Virus record (IMG/VR): IMGVR_UViG_3300030100_000622 | Direction: 5' to 3' (one strand) | DNA length: 64,000 bases | Source: an uncultured virus (IMG/VR IMGVR_UViG_3300030100_000622) | Taxonomy: Duplodnaviria; Heunggongvirae; Uroviricota; Caudoviricetes | Shown here: piece by piece, positions 60,982-64,000 of the stretch | How the letters are laid out: every line of letters starts with the position of its first letter | How positions within the stretch are numbered: the first letter of the stretch is position 1 | Notes under the pieces: model-generated | Database searches by the model: none | What the model was told of the DNA's origin: nothing | What the model saw: the letters and a program-made list of their open reading frames with translations, nothing else | Translations under genes and position numbers: made by a program

Positions 60982-61661
60982 TAATCCTTTATCATTGAAG
61001 TGATTCCTTTATACACCATTTCGGGTTCTGATTTAGCAGATACAATATATTTGAAACAAGGTATTCCTTTATCATTCAGTTGCCGCATACCGTATTTGAA
61101 AGGTTCAAATATTTCATGTTTATCCATGGTTAATCCTTCTTTCAATGGGTACTTTTCTCCCCATATGTCATATTTGTTAGCCCATATTCCGACTGCCATA
61201 GGATAATCTTTTTCTTTTTTCTTTCTGCCTGTGGGCCATCGAGATGCAATAATTGTATCAACTAAAAATTTCCATGCTACTTGATGGTCTAAGTTTGAAG
61301 AATTATCTAAATGTCTGTGGTCTATCATAAATATAACATATCTGACTTTACGCCCTTGCATATCTTTTACCCATTCTTTCCAATAGATTGCTTCACCGCC
61401 AACATCAGCACTTTTAACTGTATGAGAATCTCCATCAATTTTTACTGTTTTTCTCGAAGCCCTGTGTAATCCTACTGTCCGTTCATTTATTTGCGGTACT
61501 TCGCCTCTTGTTCTTAGTTGATTACTTAATGTTGTTTTACCAACCATAGTTGCACCATAAATACCGAAGTTAATTGCATAAATTTTTTTCCAAAAACCTA
61601 TCATCGCTTCTCCAACAAGTATAGCAAATCCTGTCATTACTGACAATATTAGACCTCCCAA
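60978..61661 (-). CDS. Ras-superfamily (Arf-like) small GTPase with hydrophobic N-terminus
   Basis: G1 GATMVGKTT, G2 RTVG, G3 DVGGE, G4 ANKYD, G5 SAK. Confidence 0.9.
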   Translation of the reverse strand: MGGLILSVMTGFAILVGEAMIGFWKKIYAINFGIYGATMVGKTTLSNQLRTRGEVPQINERTVGLHRASRKTVKIDGDSHTVKSADVGGEAIYWKEWVKDMQGRKVRYVIFMIDHRHLDNSSNLDHQVAWKFLVDTIIASRWPTGRKKKEKDYPMAVGIWANKYDIWGEKYPLKEGLTMDKHEIFEPFKYGMRQLNDKGIPCFKYIVSAKSEPEMVYKGITSMIKDY

Positions 61662-61864
61662 GAATGCCAGAAGGTGTCTAATATCCAGCCGATAACATTA
61701 ATGTCAAAAACACCCATTATGTTTCCAATAAAGAATGCTGTTAAGGTAGCGCAGGTTCCCCAAAACCATGCTCTCATTTTGAAGAAAAGCATGTCTGCTG
61801 AATGCGCTCTTGATTGATTATAGATATAATCATTATCAGTTAGGCCCATTATGTCTGAAAGCAT
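61649..61864 (-). CDS. small membrane protein
   Basis: hydrophobic segment AWFWG..LTAFFIGNIMGVF. Confidence 0.7.
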   Translation of the reverse strand: MLSDIMGLTDNDYIYNQSRAHSADMLFFKMRAWFWGTCATLTAFFIGNIMGVFDINVIGWILDTFWHSWEV

Positions 61865-61873
61865 TTAACCGCC

Positions 61874-62272
61874 TCACTGAAGAGTAGCGGCTAAAAAGTC
61901 TGCACCGACTGTATTATCATCGGCTTCAACGGTTGGTGCAACACCATATGGACTAAAAGATGTCGAATACTGCTTTGCAGATTCTTGCATCTTTCTCAAC
62001 TGTTGCTCATCTCTTGCTTTTCTCTCCCAATAGGCCGCAATTTTTCTATCAAGAAGCCACATCTCAATTTTGTCATTAAGAACCAAATCAAATACTGCTT
62101 TCATAATCATAATTGCACCCACTGTCATTAGACCAAACAAGATAGAATGGGCCAATACTCCGTGTGGGAATGTTATACCATAGTTAGCATAAAAAAATAC
62201 ATTTGCACCACTAAGCGCACCGACAAATAAAATTGTCATAATCAACCGTGTGTCTTTATTTAATACTGCCAA
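61874..62272 (-). CDS. two-TM membrane protein with coiled-coil tail (TTG start after GAGGTG)
   Basis: two hydrophobic helices then charged helix. Confidence 0.7.
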   Translation of the reverse strand: MAVLNKDTRLIMTILFVGALSGANVFFYANYGITFPHGVLAHSILFGLMTVGAIMIMKAVFDLVLNDKIEMWLLDRKIAAYWERKARDEQQLRKMQESAKQYSTSFSPYGVAPTVEADDNTVGADFLAATLQ

Positions 62273-62282
62273 AATTAACACC

Positions 62283-62591
62283 TCAAGAGAAGTGAACCGA
62301 TACTGCCGCCCCCGTACCCGTACCTGTGGATATATCCAAATATATTCCATTAGAGCAGATAGCACCATGTAAATCCATCTCAATGATTTGTGGAGATGAA
62401 GGGTCGGCAGGGTCAAGAACAAGTCTAATCATTTCTTTGCCAGAAGCGGCTGAAGCATTATCAAATAATCTAACTGTTGTAGTCGCACCCATACCTGTTC
62501 TAAGACAATGAACAGAAACTAATCTGCTTCTTTCGCCAGAAACGGCTTCACTTGCAGTTAATACTCCACTACTTCGACATACTGACGACAT
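62283..62591 (-). CDS. small beta-rich virion protein
   Basis: VRLFDNASAASG..GIYLDI pattern, head-gene cluster. Confidence 0.55.
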   Translation of the reverse strand: MSSVCRSSGVLTASEAVSGERSRLVSVHCLRTGMGATTTVRLFDNASAASGKEMIRLVLDPADPSSPQIIEMDLHGAICSNGIYLDISTGTGTGAAVSVHFS

Positions 62592-62645
62592 ATTGGTTCC
62601 CTCGATTTTTGTTTGGGGATAACTCCCTCTTAACACTTGCGTAAA

Positions 62646-62975
62646 TCATTCCGATTCAGCAACAGGTTTTGGTGCTGAAACTTTCTTTGGCTTGGTTTTC
62701 TTCTTTTTAGGAAGAAGCAAGTCACACAATTGCTCATGGGTAGTAATAGTTTTACCTAATTCTCTTGATATGATTTCAAATCTATCAAGCCCAATTTGCA
62801 TTAGACCTTCTCTATCAGATTCCTCAAAGATAAAGTCTAAGTTTTTGTCACTGTATCGAACCAAAGCCCCAATTAAAGATGGAAATGCAACAGGTTCGGG
62901 GCTGGTTTTACTTAGCCCCAAACCCATTACATTCAAAGAAAACGGAGATGTACTACTCAGTTTTACTTTAACCAA
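62646..62975 (-). CDS. hypothetical protein with Lys-rich tail
   Basis: 109 aa after capsid genes. Confidence 0.6.
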   Translation of the reverse strand: MVKVKLSSTSPFSLNVMGLGLSKTSPEPVAFPSLIGALVRYSDKNLDFIFEESDREGLMQIGLDRFEIISRELGKTITTHEQLCDLLLPKKKKTKPKKVSAPKPVAESE

Positions 62976-62984
62976 TTAAATCCC

Positions 62985-63350
62985 TCAAAGATTACCAAAT
63001 ACTCTAACTCGGAATTGCATTCCACTATGAGTACCGCCGTCTGCTACTTCGGCAGGGGTCGCTTGCAACGCTTGAACCAATAACATTGTTACTGAATCTG
63101 CGCTGGTATAACTACCGTCTGTTCCCGAAATCACAAAGGTTGGATAAAACAATACATTACTTGTCCCTGTATGGGAAATAGAATTAATTGTATTTAGACC
63201 GAATTTGGTTGCAGACATCACTACTCCGCTTGCATCATATGTGGAAACATCAATTAGCGCATCAACCATATATTCATCACCATTTGCTCTTGGCTTGGTG
63301 AATCCCTTATGGTCGGCTAATAGCGTGACCGTAAATACCTCTTCTGTCAA
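62985..63350 (-). CDS. putative head decoration protein
   Basis: beta-rich, directly after MCP. Confidence 0.5.
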   Translation of the reverse strand: MTEEVFTVTLLADHKGFTKPRANGDEYMVDALIDVSTYDASGVVMSATKFGLNTINSISHTGTSNVLFYPTFVISGTDGSYTSADSVTMLLVQALQATPAEVADGGTHSGMQFRVRVFGNL

Positions 63351-63361
63351 GTTAAATCACC

Positions 63362-64000
63362 TCACAGAAGGTTGGTAATTTTACCTTGTCCTTTGAAGTA
63401 TGAACAACCGACTTCAGCAATTGTGCGGTAAAGAGCCTTGTTTCCAAGAGTACCGACACCGAATGGGTTTCCGTTGCTAATACCATCCTCAAAGTATTGG
63501 GTTGGTTTCATAACGCTCATCCATAGATGGTCTGTATCAAGGAATAGCATATCACTAATACAAGCCGAATTAACTCCGGTTGAAGCCATAGCCGCAACAG
63601 GAATCATAGGAATGTCGTAGTATGTTGATACACGGAATCCGACTTCTTGACCTTTAACACCACGAACACCATTTACAGTTGGAACAATTTCCTTTCTATC
63701 CATGAATCTCTCTTGTGCTTGTAGCAAATCAGAGATAGTTTGTAGTGTGTCATATCCTGTTAGAATAACCTTTGGTGAACCACCAGCAACACGAAGTAGT
63801 CTAATCATTTCATTTAGAACAGTTAGTGTCAATTGGCGGGCATCTGCACTTGCATATGAATCACCGAAAGTAACCTGTGCATCAAGATAAGAAGCACTTG
63901 TACGGTTCTTTCCGTATAGATTGTTTGCTTCGTTAGCAGTAGCACTTGTTAGAAGGTTTGCAGTAGCCATAGCCTGTAATTCTTCTGTTGAAGAAACAAC
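63362..64000 (-). CDS. major capsid protein (HK97-like), 5' truncated by window
   Basis: frame open to window edge; Y..IPMIP, DM.FLDT, GKITNL C-terminus. Confidence 0.8.
   Translation of the reverse strand, partial: VVSSTEELQAMATANLLTSATANEANNLYGKNRTSASYLDAQVTFGDSYASADARQLTLTVLNEMIRLLRVAGGSPKVILTGYDTLQTISDLLQAQERFMDRKEIVPTVNGVRGVKGQEVGFRVSTYYDIPMIPVAAMASTGVNSACISDMLFLDTDHLWMSVMKPTQYFEDGISNGNPFGVGTLGNKALYRTIAEVGCSYFKGQGKITNLL

Noticed and set aside
62273..62422. N-terminal extension of ORF 61874-62422
   Set aside because: Overlaps gene 62283-62591; a TTG start after GAGGTG at 62272 is more plausible

Overview
AT-rich, densely coding 64-kb segment of a tailed dsDNA archaeal virus. Gene content and signals (TFB, RFC-S/L, PCNA-like clamp, split PolB, fused AEP primase, MCM-like helicase, ATP-dependent ligase, class II RNR, GroEL/GroES, a BHB-intron tRNA, GGTGA Shine-Dalgarno sites) best fit a magrovirus, i.e. 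a virus of Marine Group II / Poseidoniales; this host assignment is inferred. Layout: (1) 1-4.7 kb early/control region with three paralogous genes, palindromic repeats, a candidate origin and an RNA cluster; (2) 4.7-39.8 kb plus-strand replication, host-takeover and accessory genes; (3) 39.9-64 kb minus-strand virion genes, from a partial major capsid gene through the tail, including a -1 frameshift chaperone. Main unusual observations: a dispersed but apparently complete ubiquitin-like system (Ubl ending GG-SC, E1/ThiF, JAB protease, candidate E2); an Arf-like small GTPase with membrane proteins inside the virion operon; a tRNA-Lys intron carrying a copy of the 16S anti-Shine-Dalgarno sequence; a shared 17-bp promoter that may be read by the viral TFB; and histone-fold proteins. 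All calls come from motif recognition by eye; no searches were run.
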